DNA of 64,000 nucleotides from Eledone cirrhosa (taxonomy: Eukaryota): the NCBI GenBank assembly GCA_964016885.1, contig OZ024745.1:5766001-5830000 (forward strand). Reading direction: 5' to 3'. Made by a program: the position numbers and the translations under genes. Below the pieces are notes generated by a model, which saw only the letters and a list, made by a program, of their open reading frames with translations, was not told the origin of the DNA and did not search any database. Each line of letters begins with the position of its first letter. Position 1 is the first letter of the stretch. This document shows, piece after piece, positions 13,101 through 26,390 of the stretch.

Positions 13101-16100
13101 ACAGTCACTGTCACAGAGTGACCAGGTCAACAACAACAACCAATAGTCCTGTCACAGAGTGACCAGGTCAAACAACAACAACAACCAACAGTCTCTATCA
13201 CAGAATAACCAGGTCAACAATAACAACAACAACAACCAACAGTCCCTGTCACAGAGTGAACATGTCAACAACAACAACAACAACAACAACCAACAGTCTC
13301 TGTCACAGTGTGAGCAGGTCAACAACAACAACAACAACAACCAACAGTCACTGTTACAGAATGACCAGGTCAACAACAACAACCAACAGTCCCTGTCACA
13401 GAGTGACCAGGTCAACAACAACAACCAACAGTCCTGTCACAGAGTGACCAGGTCAACAACAACAACAACCAACAGTCCCTGTCACAGAGTGAGCAGTTCA
13501 ACAACAACAACAACAACAACGAACAGTTTCTGTCACAGAATGACCAGATCAACAACAACAACAACAACCAACAGTCTCTATCACTAAGTGACCTGATCAA
13601 CAACAAAACCAACAGTCTTCGTCACAGGGTGACCAGGTCCACAACAACAACAACAACGAACAGTCTCTGTTACAGAGTGACCAGGTCAACAACAATAACG
13701 ATGAACAGTCCCTGTCACGGAGTGACCTGATCAACAACAACAACCAACAGTCCCTGTCACAGAGTGACCTGATCAACACCAACAACAAAAACCAACAGTC
13801 CCTGTCACAGAATGACCTGATCAACACCAATAACAACAACCAACAATCTCTATCACAGAGTGACTTGATCAACACCAACAACAAACAACAATCTCTGTCA
13901 CAGAGTGACCTGATTAACAACAACAACAATAACAACCAACAGTCTCTGTCACAGAGTGACCTGATGAACAACACCAACATCAACCAACAGTCCCTGTCAC
14001 AGAGTGACCTGATTAACAACAACAACAACAAACAACAGTCCCTGTCACAGAGTGACCTGATCAACAACAACAACAACAACCAACAGTCCATGTCACAGAG
14101 TGACCTGATTAACAACAATAACAACAACCAACAGTCCCTGTCACAGAGTGACCAGGTCAACAACAACAATGACAAACAACAGTCCCTGTCACAGAGTGAC
14201 CTGATCAACAACAACAAAAACCAATAGTCCCTGTCACAGAGTGACCTGATCAGCAACAACAACAACCAACAGACCCTGTCACAGAGTGACCTGATTAACA
14301 ACAACAACAACAACAACCACCAGTCCCTGTGACAGACTGACCTGATCAACAACAACAACAACCAACAGTCCCTGTCACAGAGTGACCTAATCAACAACAA
14401 CAACAACAACAACAACCAACTGTCTCTGTCACAGACTGACCTGATCAATAACAACAACCAACAGTCTCTGTCACAGAGTGACCAGGTCAACAACAACAAC
14501 CAACAGTCTCTGTCACAGAGTGACCAGACCAGGTGAACAACAACAACAACAAACAACAGTCAATGTCACAGAGTGACCAGGTGAAAACCAACAACAACAA
14601 CCAACAGTCCCTGTCACAGAGTGACTTGATCAACAACAACAACAACAAACAACAGTCCCTGTCACAGAGTGACCAGGGGAACAACAACAACAACCAACAG
14701 TCACTGTCACAGAGTGACCTGGTCAACAACAAAAACATCAACCAACAGTCTCTGTCACAGAGTGACCAGGTCAACAACAAGAACAACAACCAACAGTCCC
14801 TGTCACAGAGTGACCAGATCAACAACAACAACAACAACCAACAGTCCCTGTCCCAGAGTGACCAGGTCAACAACAACAACCAACAGTCTCTGTCACAGAG
14901 TGACCAGACCAGGTGAACAACAACAACAACAACAAACAACGGTCAATGTCACCGAGCGACCAGGTGAAAACCAACAACAACAACCAACAGTCCCTGTCAC
15001 AGATTGACTTGATCAACAACAACAACAACAACCAACAGTCCCTGACCCAGAGTGACCTGATCAACAACAACAACAACAACCAACAGTCCCTGTCCCAGAG
15101 TGACCTGATCAACAACAACAACAACAAACAACAGTCCCTGTCACCGAGTGACCTGATCAACAACAACAACCAACAGTCCCTGTCACAGAGTGACTTGATC
15201 AACAACAACAACAACAAACAACAGTCCCTGTCACAGAGTGACCAGGGGAACAACAACAACAACCAACAGTCACTGTCACAGAGTGACCAGGTCAACAACA
15301 AGAACAACAACCAACAGTCCCTGTCACAGAGTGACCAGATCAACAACAACAACAACAACAACCATCAGTCTCTCTCACAGAGTGACCTGATCAACAACAA
15401 CAACAACAACCAACAGTCCCTGTCCCAGAGTGACCTGATCAACAACAACAACAACAACCAACAGTCCCTGCTCCAGAGTGACCTGATCAACAACAACAAC
15501 AGCAACTAACAGTCTCTGTCACAGAGTGACCTGATCAACAACAACAACCAACAGTCTCTGACACATATTGACCTGATCAACAACAACAACAATCTCTCTC
15601 ACAGAGTGACTTGATCAACAACAACAACAACCAGCAGTCCCTGTCACAGAGTGACCTGATCAACAATAACAACAACAACAACCAACAGTCCCTGTCACAG
15701 AGTGACCTGTTCAACAACAACAACAACTACCAACAGTCACTGTCACAGAGTGACCTGATCAACACCAGCAACAACAACCAACAATCTCTGTCACAGAGTG
15801 ACTTGATCAACACCAACAACAACCAACAGTCTCTCTCACAGAGTGACCTGATCAACAACAACAACAACAAGCAACAGTCCCTGTCCCAGAGTGAGCAGAT
15901 CAACAACAACAACAACAACCAACAGTCCCTGTCACAGAGTGACCAGGTCAACAACAACAACCAACAGTCCCTGTCACAGAGTCACCAGGTCAACAACAAC
16001 AACCAACAGTCCCTGTCACAGAGTGACCAGGTGAACAACAACAATAACAACCAACAGTCTCTGTCACAGCGTGACCTGATCAACAACAACAACAACAAGC

Positions 16101-18246
16101 AACAGTCCCTGTCCCAGAGTGACTAGGTCAACAACAACAACAACAACTAATAGTCACTGTCACAGAGTGACCAGACCAGGTCAACAACCAACAGTCCCTG
16201 TCACAGGGTGAGCTGATCAACAACAACAACAAACAACAGTCCCTGTCACAGAGAGACCAGGTCAACAAAAACAACAACAACAGCAACCAACAGTCCCTGT
16301 CACAGAGTGACCTGATCAATAACAACAACAACAACACCAACAGTCCCTGTCACAGAGTGAACAGTTCAACAACAACAACAACAACCAACAGTCCCTGTCA
16401 CAGAGTGACCAGGTCCACTAAAACAACAGCAACAAACAGTCTCTGTCACAGAGTGACTTGATCAATAACAACAACAACCAACAGTCCCTGTCACAGAGTG
16501 ACTTGATCAACAACAACAACAACCAATAATCTCTCTCACATAGTGACTTGATCAACAACAACAACAACCAGCAGTCCCTGTCACAGAGTGACCTGATCAA
16601 CAATAACAACAACAACAACCAACAGTCCCTGTCACAGAGTGACCTGTTCAACAACAACAACAACTACTAACAGTCACTGTCACGGAGTGACCTGATCAAC
16701 ACCAACAACAACAACCAACAATCTCTGTCACAGAGTGACCTGATCAACAACAACAACAACAACCAACAGTCTCTCTCACAGAGTGACCTGATCAACAACA
16801 ACAACAACAAGCAACAGTCCCTGTCCCAGAGTGAGCAGATCAACAACAACAACAACAACAACCAACAGTCCCTGTCACAGAGTGACCAGTTCAACAACAA
16901 CAACAACAACCAACAGTCCCTGTCACAGAGTGACCAGGTCAACAACAACAACCAACAGTCCCTGTCACAGAGTCACCACGTTAACAACAACCAACAGTCC
17001 CTGTCACAGAGTCACCAGGTCAACAACAACAACCAACATCCCTGTCAGTTGAACAACAACAATAACAACCAACAGTCTCTCTCACAGCGTGACCTGATCA
17101 ACAACAACAACAACAAGCAACAGTCCCTGTCCCAGAGTGACTAGGTCAACAACAACAACAACAACTAATAGTCACTGTCACAGAGTGACCAGACCAGGTC
17201 AAAAACCAACAGTCCCTGTCACAGGGTGAGCTGATCAACAACAACAACAAACAACAGTCCCTGTCACAGAGAGACCAGGTCAACAAAAACAACAACAACA
17301 GCAACCAACAGTCCCTGTCACAGAGTGAACAGTTCAACAACAACAACAACAACCAACAGTCCCTGTCCCAGAGTGACTAAGTCAACAACAACAAGCAACA
17401 GTCCCTGTCACAGAGTGACTAGATCAACTACAACAACCAACAGTCACTGTCACAGAGTGACCAGGTCAACAACAACAACAACAACCATCAGTCCCTGTCA
17501 CAGAGGGATCTGATCAAGCACAACAACAACAACAACCAACAGTCCCTGTCACAGAGTGACCTGATCAACAACAACAACCAACAGTCTCTGTCATAGAGTG
17601 ACCTGATCAACAAAAACAACAACAACCAACAATCCCTGTCACAGAGTGAAGTGATCAACAACAACAGCAACCAACAGTCCCTGTCACAGAGTGACCTGAT
17701 CAACAACAACAACAACAACAACCAACAGTCTCTGTCACAGTGTGACCAGGTCAACAACAACAACAACAACCAACAGTCTCTGTCACAGAGTGACCAGGTC
17801 AACAACAACAACAACAACCAACAGTCTCTGTCACAGAGTGACCATGTCAACAACAACAACAACAACAATCAACAGTCTCTGTCACAGAGTGACCAGACCA
17901 GGTCAACAACAACAACAACAACCAACAGTCTCTGTCACAGAGTGACCAGGTCAACAACAACAACAACAATAAACAACAGTCTCTGTCACAGAGTGACCAG
18001 GTCAACAACAACAACAACAACCAACAGTCTCTGTCACAGAGTGACCAGGTCAACAACAACAACAACCAACAGTCCCTCTCACAGAGTGACCTGATGAACA
18101 ACAACAACAACAACAACCAACAGTCCCTGTCACAGAGTGACCAGGTCAACAACAACAATCAACAGTCCATGTCACAGAGTGACCTGATCAACAACAACAA
18201 CAACAACCAACAGTCCCTGTCACAGAGTGACCAGGTCAACAACAAC
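10066..18246. repeat. 8.2-kb compound minisatellite: core CAGTC(C/T)CTGTCACAGAGTGAC(CAGGT/CTGAT) plus a variable (CAA)n tract, unit ~39-51 bp
   Basis: Direct reading; roughly 180-190 units; long N/Q-, T- or L-rich ORFs appear on both strands. Confidence 0.97.
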
Positions 18247-18510
18247 ACTAGTGTTGATATTAACTGACAGTTGGATTTTATTAGTACTGTGTCTAGAGTA
18301 CCAACAACACTAGTGTAGATATTAACTGACAGTTGGACCTTGTTAGTAATGTGTCTAGAGTACCAACAACACTAGTGTAGATATTAACTGACTTTTGGAC
18401 CTTGTTAGTACTGTGCCTAGAGTACCAACAACACTAGTGTAGATATTAACTGACAGTTAGACCTTGTTAGTACTGTGTCTAGTGTCAACTACCAACAAAA
18501 GTAGTGTAGC
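18241..18510. repeat. 62-bp tandem repeat, ~4 copies, abutting the CAA minisatellite
   Basis: AACAACACTAGTG recurs at 18241, 18303, 18365 and 18427. Confidence 0.93.
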
Positions 18511-18739
18511 TAGAGAAACTGTGAGGATGGGTGGCTGTCCAGGGTGACACTTCTATATGAGGGGGACACTTTAAAGGGGAGTCGCTAAGCAATGTCATAT
18601 TTTATGGGGCGATGAAAGGGATTCTCCTGGCAGCACAAAGCTACGGTATTTCTATGAGAGGAGACTAACTCAATAGATACTCCTCACAACAAAAATAACT
18701 ACGCCATTGATATTTCTACTCGACGTTGTAACGACATTT

Positions 18740-19140
18740 GCAACAAAGATTCTGCTTAAGTCATACCACGGAAAGGTGTTAAACCGATCAATAGACGAAG
18801 TCTCCCACCCATGAACAAGAATGGTCTCCCCTCGCCCACTTTTACTTGGGAGGGCTTTAGATAGGACGTGGGGGACTGAGTTCTCAAGTACTCCTTCTAT
18901 CGAGTCTGTCAGAAGCAGCCATCGCCAACTGATCCGGCTGGATCACCAAGCGAAACTAACCGAATTCATGGATATTATCCAATAATCTTGCTAGTGCACT
19001 ACCCCTGGGTCTCCTGCCAGTTGGTTTTACTCGTAAAACCTGTCCATCGATTCTTTCCTGAGATATTCTAACTACATGTCCGTATTTCAATGACAAGGCT
19101 TTGACTGGAGACAATAACAGAAGACACGTGCTCAACATCC
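18740..19140 (-). mobile_element. Decayed 3' fragment of an RTE-clade LINE
   Basis: ORF 18956-19138 'LKYGHVVRISQERIDGQVLRVKPTGRRPRG...LD' matches the GHV.R...G.RPRG C-terminal signature of RTE ORFs. Confidence 0.7.
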
Positions 19141-19269
19141 CGCAGTACGGGGGGTGAAACTCTCAGCACATTCTTAACGATAGTTAGATGAAGTAACTTT
19201 CTCCGTTCTACATTCAAATTCTGCACTGGTCCTTCTGATGTGATTAAAATAAAATACCAGTTAAATGTT

Positions 19270-19567
19270 GGAGTTATGGGTTGATTGGGGGGTCGGGGCT
19301 CTTCAGGTTTGGGGTTTCCCTCATGCACAAAATAAAAATTAGAATACACAGCAAACCCCCAATTTTACACATCAAAGTTAGCTTATTGCAAGTAATTGGA
19401 AGTGAAAAGTGATATATACAAGTATTAAATTCAAACATTCTAACCATCCTAAAACTTGAAAGCCCAGTCGAGGGCACAAATAAATTGTTACAGCCGTCAC
19501 TGGGGAGGTCCCCACTGCAGGGGCCCGGGTCAGTTGCCCCATTTGTCTTCCATTAAATCAGCCCCTG
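19270..19567. mobile_element. MITE copy 2 (same family as 4146-4439)
   Basis: Aligns with 4146-4439; ends TAAATCAGCCCCTG. Confidence 0.7.
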
Positions 19568-19962
19568 ACTAAAGTTGATAAAATCGATTTACCACATCCT
19601 CTAAATTGCTGGTCTTGTACCTATGTCAGAAAGAATTTACTTGTCTTAAGCAGAGACGGTAGAAGCATTTCTGAGTGTGTGTGGAGGGGGGAGGGGGGCA
19701 GATTTGGTCAATTTAGTTGTAGTGATTAGTTTAGTTATCAACCAAGATATAAAAAACTTAGATATGCGATAAACATGTACATAAATTGTAGCAACGTCCC
19801 TGTTAATATGAAACCTTTAACAGCTTTCTATTGGATCTAAGATTTCTGTTGTGTAGCGAGGATCACAATTGTACAAATATCCAAATACAGGAATTGATAA
19901 CCGAGATTGCCGAGCAACAACAGCGAGAGGAGAAACTACACAGTCACTATACACACACATAC

Positions 19963-20064
<102 letters not shown>

Positions 20065-20109
20065 CGTAAAATAAGAAAATTATAAAATTAACTTACTTAC
20101 TAAAATATC

Positions 20110-20192
20110 GCTTCCAACTAATTAGTTTCTGGAATGGAGTAAATATATTTTCCGAAGAAGATATGGAGAAACATTCCGTCGTCAGGGAAGTC
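20110..20192 (-). ncRNA. Type I hammerhead ribozyme (copy in left arm)
   Basis: Reverse complement reads CTTCC-CTGACGA-C-GGAATG...CATTCC-A-GAAA-CTAATTAG-TT-GGAAG. Confidence 0.75.
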
Positions 20193-21036
20193 TATTCTCA
20201 GCTAAGTTTCCAGGCAAAGCGAGGACTCTGGAAACTTATTAAAAAATAATTTAGTGGATAGGAAATAGCAAAGCGTAGGACTGAATTCCTAGCCATTGAG
20301 AAAATCACTGCCTCTGCATCTGTGGCGAATTCAAAAAGAATCAATCACGTGATATCGAGGTCAATCAGTGGAAAGTGGTTTGCTAATAAGACAGCGGCCT
20401 GCCTACTACCATAGCAGCAGTCATGGCCAATATTGCTCGACAAATAATTTGGAGATAATTATAAAGAATTAATATCTAGTAACATATATATACATACAGA
20501 TGCATATCAATGCTAGCAAATATATAGGTTTTGTCTTAGTAACATTGTGGTTCAATGCATGGGGTTGCAGAACAATAATATGAGAGACGTAAAATAAGAA
20601 AAATATAAAATTAACTTACTTACTAATTCTCTTATTTTACGTCTCTCATATTATTGTTCTGCAACCCCATGCATTGAACCACAATGTTACTAAGACAAAA
20701 CCTATATATTTGCTAGCATTGATATGCATCTGTATGTATATATATGTTACTAGATATTAATTCTTTATAATTATCTCCAAATTATTTGTCGAGCAATATT
20801 GGCCATGACTGCTGCTATGGTAGTAGGCAGGCCGCTGTCTTATTAGCAAACCACTTTCCACTGATTGACCTCGATGTCACGTGATTGATCCTTTTCGAAT
20901 TCGCCACAGACGCAGAGGCAGTGATTTTCTCAATGGCTAGGAATTCAGTCCACGCTTTGCTATTTCCTATCCACTGAATTATTTTTTAATAAGTTTCTAG
21001 AGTCCTCGCTTTGCCTGGAAACTTAGCTGAGAATAG

Positions 21037-21118
21037 ACTTCCCTGACGACGGAATGTTTCTCCATATCTTCTTCGGAAAATATATTTACTCCATTCCAGA
21101 AACTAATTAGTTGGAAGT
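21037..21118 (+). ncRNA. Type I hammerhead ribozyme (copy in right arm)
   Basis: Stem I ACTTCC(21037-42)/GGAAGT(21113-18); CTGACGA 21043-49; stem II GGAATG/CATTCC; GAAA 21099-21102; palindromic stem III ACTAATTAGT; GUU cleavage triplet. Confidence 0.78.
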
Positions 21119-21442
21119 GATATTTTAGTAAGTAAGTTAATTTTATAATTTTCTTATTTTACGTCTCTCATATTATTGATCTGCAACCCCATGCATTGAA
21201 CCACAATGTTACTAAGACAAAACCTATATATTTGCTAGCATTGATATGCATTTGTATGTATATATATATGTTACTAGATATTAATTCTTTATCTGTTAGA
21301 ACACGAAAAGTGTGAAACAACAGAATGTTCACTTTTCGTGTTCTAACATATATGCGTAACTTCTTCATAAATTTTCCGGGGATAGCCGTGGTGGTGGTGA
21401 TCGTATGTCATTGGCTAATTTTCAACCAATCAGAGTAAGTGT

Positions 21443-21484
<42 letters not shown>

Positions 21485-21547
21485 TATTCCCCCTCTCTCT
21501 ATATATATCTTACGCTTTCGCTTTACACTCCTCCCCTTCAATAACAC

Positions 21548-22331
21548 ATTTCCCCCTCTCTATATATCTCTTATACTGTTACACTTATATTTCCATTTAT
21601 TTATTACCCCCTCTCTCTATATCTCTTCCACTGTTACTTACGCCTGTTTCTCTCTATCTGTTCCGTCTCTATATATATATCTCTTACTCTTTCGCTTTGC
21701 ACTCCTCCCCTTCAATACCATCTCTCCCCCTCTCTATATATGTGCTACTCTATCGCTGCACGCTCCTCTCCTTTAATATATCAATTACACACTTACGCTT
21801 TACACTCCTTTATCCCCAGCGCCCCTATATATACACCCCCCCCCCCCGCATCTATATTTTAATGTTCCGTTGCACCGTGAATATATGTGTCTATATATAT
21901 ATACATATATATTGTATATACACATTCATGTATGTGTATACACACTCATGTATGTATATACACTGGTTTTATGTGTGTATTGTAAATTTGTACTGTTAAA
22001 ACACGAAACTAACATTCGATTGACACTTTGATTACCTGTACAGGCAATAGTTATTAGAATGCTGTTGAAGTGTGTATATATTTTTGGTGAATCCGCGATA
22101 GTTGAAGCGCCAAGTAGCGAGGTATCACTGTATATATGTTTAAATATATAGTGTAGCTGTGAAAACTGACTTTAAACGTGTTTCGGTTTACGAACGCCGC
22201 GCCGGAACGAATTAAACTCGTAAACCGAGGTGCCACAGTATATATATATATATATATAAAATAAAAGAATTTATTCAGTTTTGGGACAATATAATTTTGA
22301 CTGATAACAAATGTGAAATTCTTAACTAGCA

Positions 22332-22407
<76 letters not shown>

Positions 22408-22990
22408 TATGAGACTTCTAGGTATGTCACGATGTATCTAACATTACGTTGACACTTTCCCCCTCTCTATATATCTCTTATACTGTTACACTTATATTTC
22501 CATTTATTTATTCCCCCCTCTCTCTATATCTCTTCCACTGTTACTTACGCCTGTTTCTCTCTATCTGTTCCGTCTCTATATATATATCTCTCTTACTCTT
22601 TCGCTTTGCCCTCCTCCCCTTCAATACCATCTCTCCCCCTCTCTATATATTTGTTACTCTATCGCTGCACGCTCCTCTCCTTCAATATATCAATTACACA
22701 CTTACGCTTTACACTCCTTTATCCCCAGCGCCCCTATATATACACACCCCCCGCATCTATATTTTAATGTTCCGTTGCACCGTGAATATATGTGTCTATA
22801 TATATATACATATATATTGTATATACACATTCATGTATGTGTATACACACTCATGTATGTATATACACTGGTTTTATGTGTGTATTGTAAATTTGTACTG
22901 TTAAAACACGAAACTAACATTCGATTGACACTTTGATTACCTGTACAGGCAATAGTTATTAGAATGCTGTTGAAGTGTGTATATATTTTG
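21548..22990 (+). repeat. ~540-bp direct duplication (about 21548-22085 and 22455-22990)
   Basis: Near-identical sequence; the ORF track gives the same C-terminal peptide for 21439-21999 and 22449-22904. Confidence 0.9.
22085..22240. mobile_element. Tc1/mariner-superfamily (Tigger/pogo-like) MITE end fragments
   Basis: CGAGGTATCACTG-TA (~22119-22133) and CGTAAACCGAGGTGCCACAG-TA (~22220-22240) resemble CAGTG..CCTCG termini with a TA target. Confidence 0.5.
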
Positions 22991-23344
22991 GGGGGACATC
23001 CTGTATATACACACATTATATATAATACAATAAACAGATAAATAGACACATATATATATGAGCTTATTTAATTATAAATATTGTGAATTTTTAACTCAGT
23101 TCAATTATATATATAAATGGCTTCTACAGGACTAGAACTGTTTCATTCGAAAGAAATCATCATAATATTGAGAGGGGGGACTAGATAAAATATTTCAAAT
23201 CAAATGTGTATAAGTTATAAGTTAAAATGTATAAATAGAGACGATAGTGGAGGTATATCTGTTTAGTGGAACAGTAGACGATAGAATTAAATACAGACGA
23301 GAATCTCCCTTTAATGAAACAGCAGACGATAGAATTAAGGCAAT

Positions 23345-23420
23345 TTAAATTTTAAGCATTTGCATTTTTGCCTTTCATCGTTACGGGGTCGATAAAATAA
23401 AGTACCAGTAATACACTGTC
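23345..23420 (+). mobile_element. Partial SINE core
   Basis: TTTGCCTTTCATCGTTACGGGGTCGATAAAATAAAGTACCAGTAAT matches the 24574-24751 SINE. Confidence 0.75.
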
Positions 23421-23750
23421 ACTATAACTAGACGACTTTCAAATTGAATTGTTGGTTCCATTTCTTTAGTATTTTCAATTGTAGTTATCTACTTAAAAAG
23501 CGTTACACGGTTAGAGACATAATTGGTAAGTTATATCTTCCCTATTAAACCATTGCATTATTTCGCCTACAATAGAACAAAAATGAAATGTTCTTTAAAG
23601 AAACAGGAATATAACTTTATAAAAAAAAAAGTTGCAACCGCTTCTTTTATCATTGATAATTTTTTCGTTTTAATATTAATTGTTTTTTGTAGTTGTTTAT
23701 ATTAAAAATCTTACTGTAATATTTACTTAAACGAAGGCAGACATCTAAAC

Positions 23751-24202
<452 letters not shown>

Positions 24203-24573
24203 AAACAAATCTTATTAATTTGCTCAGGGAATATAAAGAAAATGTATATACACTGATAATTGCAATTGTATGTAAATATTTTGTTTTTGTATTGTTCATT
24301 TTATGTTTTCTATTATGTATAATATATTGATTTAATATTGATTGTTTTTTGTAGTTGTTTATATTAAAAGTCTGAAAATATTTTTATACATCTTACACTA
24401 ATATTTATAAGATAATTTATAATAACAATTACATAATCTAATTACATTACAACGATAATTTATTATTAATATATATCCTGTTTAACTAGAGTTATTACAA
24501 GCGTTGCCTTAAAAAAATATTAAACTAGACATGAAAAATGCGCAAGCTCAAAAGTGCCACAGAATGTTATAAT

Positions 24574-24751
24574 TGTTTCTACTTTAGGCACAAGGCCAGC
24601 AATTACCCAGTGCATTACTGGTACTTTATTTTATCGACCCCGTAAGGATGAAAGGCAAAGTCAACCTCGGCGGGATTTGAACTCAGATCGTAAAGGGACG
24701 TAACTATGCTGGAAAGCATGGCGTCCGACCCTCTACCGACACTGCCAATCC
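24574..24751 (-). mobile_element. tRNA-derived SINE with 11-bp TSD
   Basis: On the minus strand, A-box-like TGGCAGTGTCGG and B-box GAGTTCAAATCC; TSD AATGTTATAAT at 24563-73 and 24752-62; the empty site is visible in the opposite arm. Confidence 0.9.
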
Positions 24752-25330
24752 AATGTTATAATAAACCTTCAAAAGTGTGGGACTAGAGTTGTTGCTAAAA
24801 AATATTGTAATCATTATATATCGTACATTCTGTGGCATCCTTTATAAAAATAGCTTAAACCAACGAAGCCTTTATTTTTACGCTATTTCACTTAGTTAAT
24901 TCTTAGAGTGTAACATATAAAAATAAATACATCTATGTTTAATGTAATAACAGCTATAACTAATTACGTAATATTATTATCATATACTCATAGTAACAAA
25001 ATAATTGTGTTGAAAATTAATATGATGCTTATATGAACGATCAAATCTATAATGATAATTTCTTAAATATACTAATAGTAAAATAATTTAGTTATCTATT
25101 GTTACATTTTCATAGAACTATAATATTAACAATCGTATTGCATTATCAAATTTTTATCACTACAAACTTTCATATTGGAATTACCTTAAGCCACTTATTA
25201 TTACTTCGCTTTCGTACTTTTACAGCTGTAGATATTGCGCTGTATCTTATATCTAATATCAATATCTCATGGTAATTTGCATGCAGTGTAAAATAGGTTT
25301 ATTAATAACTTTAATATGAAATGTATTATA

Positions 25331-25418
25331 CAGGGCTGCGGAGTCGGCCAAAAATTGACTGGCTCCAACTCAGGATCCGATACTCCATTATTTCCTAAAT
25401 TTCAGCTCCGCAGCTCTG
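25331..25418. mobile_element. 88-bp hAT-like MITE
   Basis: TIRs CAGGGCTGCGGAG / CTCCGCAGCTCTG; 8-bp TSD GTATTATA/TTATTATA (1 mismatch). Confidence 0.75.
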
Positions 25419-25667
25419 TTATTATATTAATTAATTTATTTTATAGTTGTAAATCATATATTTATATGTTACACTCTAAGAATTAACTAAGTGAAATAGC
25501 GTAAAAATAAAGGCTTCGTTGGTTTAAGCTATTTTTATAAAGGATGCCACAGAATGTACGATATATAATGATTACAATATTTTTTAGCAACAACTCTAGT
25601 CCCACACTTGTGAAGGTTTATTATAACATTCTGTGGCACTTTTGAGCTTGCGCATTTTTCATGTCTA

Positions 25668-25725
<58 letters not shown>

Positions 25726-25925
25726 AAGAAGTTTGTTTACCTTAATTTATTCATATCTCTTGATATTTCGAGATTTACGTCTCTTCTTCCGAGGAAAATA
25801 AAGGAACTATTCCAGTGTCCGATGGCACACTTTTTTTTATTTATTTATTCGTTCATTTCGCATTGTCGTGGCTTTTAAACTTCGAATTCTTTATAAATAT
25901 AAATATATATATATATATATATAGA

Positions 25926-26128
25926 TGTGAGAAAAACCACAGAACCTCCATCTCAACTCTACTTTTGAAAAGCAGAAGAACTGCGAAACCGGTAAAGGAA
26001 CCAAATAAATATATATATATTTTTTTAAATAAGACTCCAGTTGCATTTTCGTTTTCATCTTTTTTTCTTTATACTTTCACTCGTGTAGGACACCTCGGTT
26101 ATTTTTCATTTTGTAAAAAAAACCTCAC

Positions 26129-26135
<7 letters not shown>
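25926..26135 (+). repeat. ~210-bp dispersed repeat (second copy 30331-30542) carrying a minimal HHR-like motif and ending in (TA)n; pseudo-LTR-like
   Basis: TGTGAGAAAAACCACAGA...AAAACCTCACTTTCTAATATA present twice. Confidence 0.85.
25961..25998 (+). ncRNA. Minimal type I hammerhead, U3-A8 core variant
   Basis: CTT-TTGAAAA-GCAG-aagaa-CTGC-GAAA-CCGG-TA-AAG: stem II, GAAA, palindromic stem III ACCGGT, GUA triplet. Confidence 0.55.
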
Positions 26136-26213
<78 letters not shown>

Positions 26214-26342
26214 ATCTGAGTTTTTCGAATATTAATAATAACATTCGATTCGTTTGCAATTATGCAAACAAGCCTCATTTTTAAAGCCATGTCAGTAGAA
26301 TGAGTCCCTCGTTCTTGCTCTTGTGTTGGCATGTAAACTGAA

Positions 26343-26386
26343 CTGCAGACACTAATGTTTCTGGGTATCACCCTTCATCAGTACAG
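26343..26386 (-). ncRNA. Type I hammerhead ribozyme, canonical core
   Basis: Reverse complement: CTGTA-CTGATGA-A-GGGT-gat-ACCC-A-GAAA-CA-ttag-TG-TC-TGCAG; all three stems pair; GUC triplet. Confidence 0.8.
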
Positions 26387-26390
26387 CGCA

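Larger units (their letters stand above)
24524..25669. repeat. Foldback element with ~210-bp inverted arms and a ~540-bp AT-rich spacer
   Basis: 24524-24921 (minus the SINE insert) is the reverse complement of 25461-25669. Confidence 0.9.

Noticed and set aside
10226-18158. Mucin-like, poly-N/Q and poly-L ORFs as real genes
   Set aside because: Open on both strands and several frames, with non-ATG starts and frequent frame switches; explained by the minisatellite
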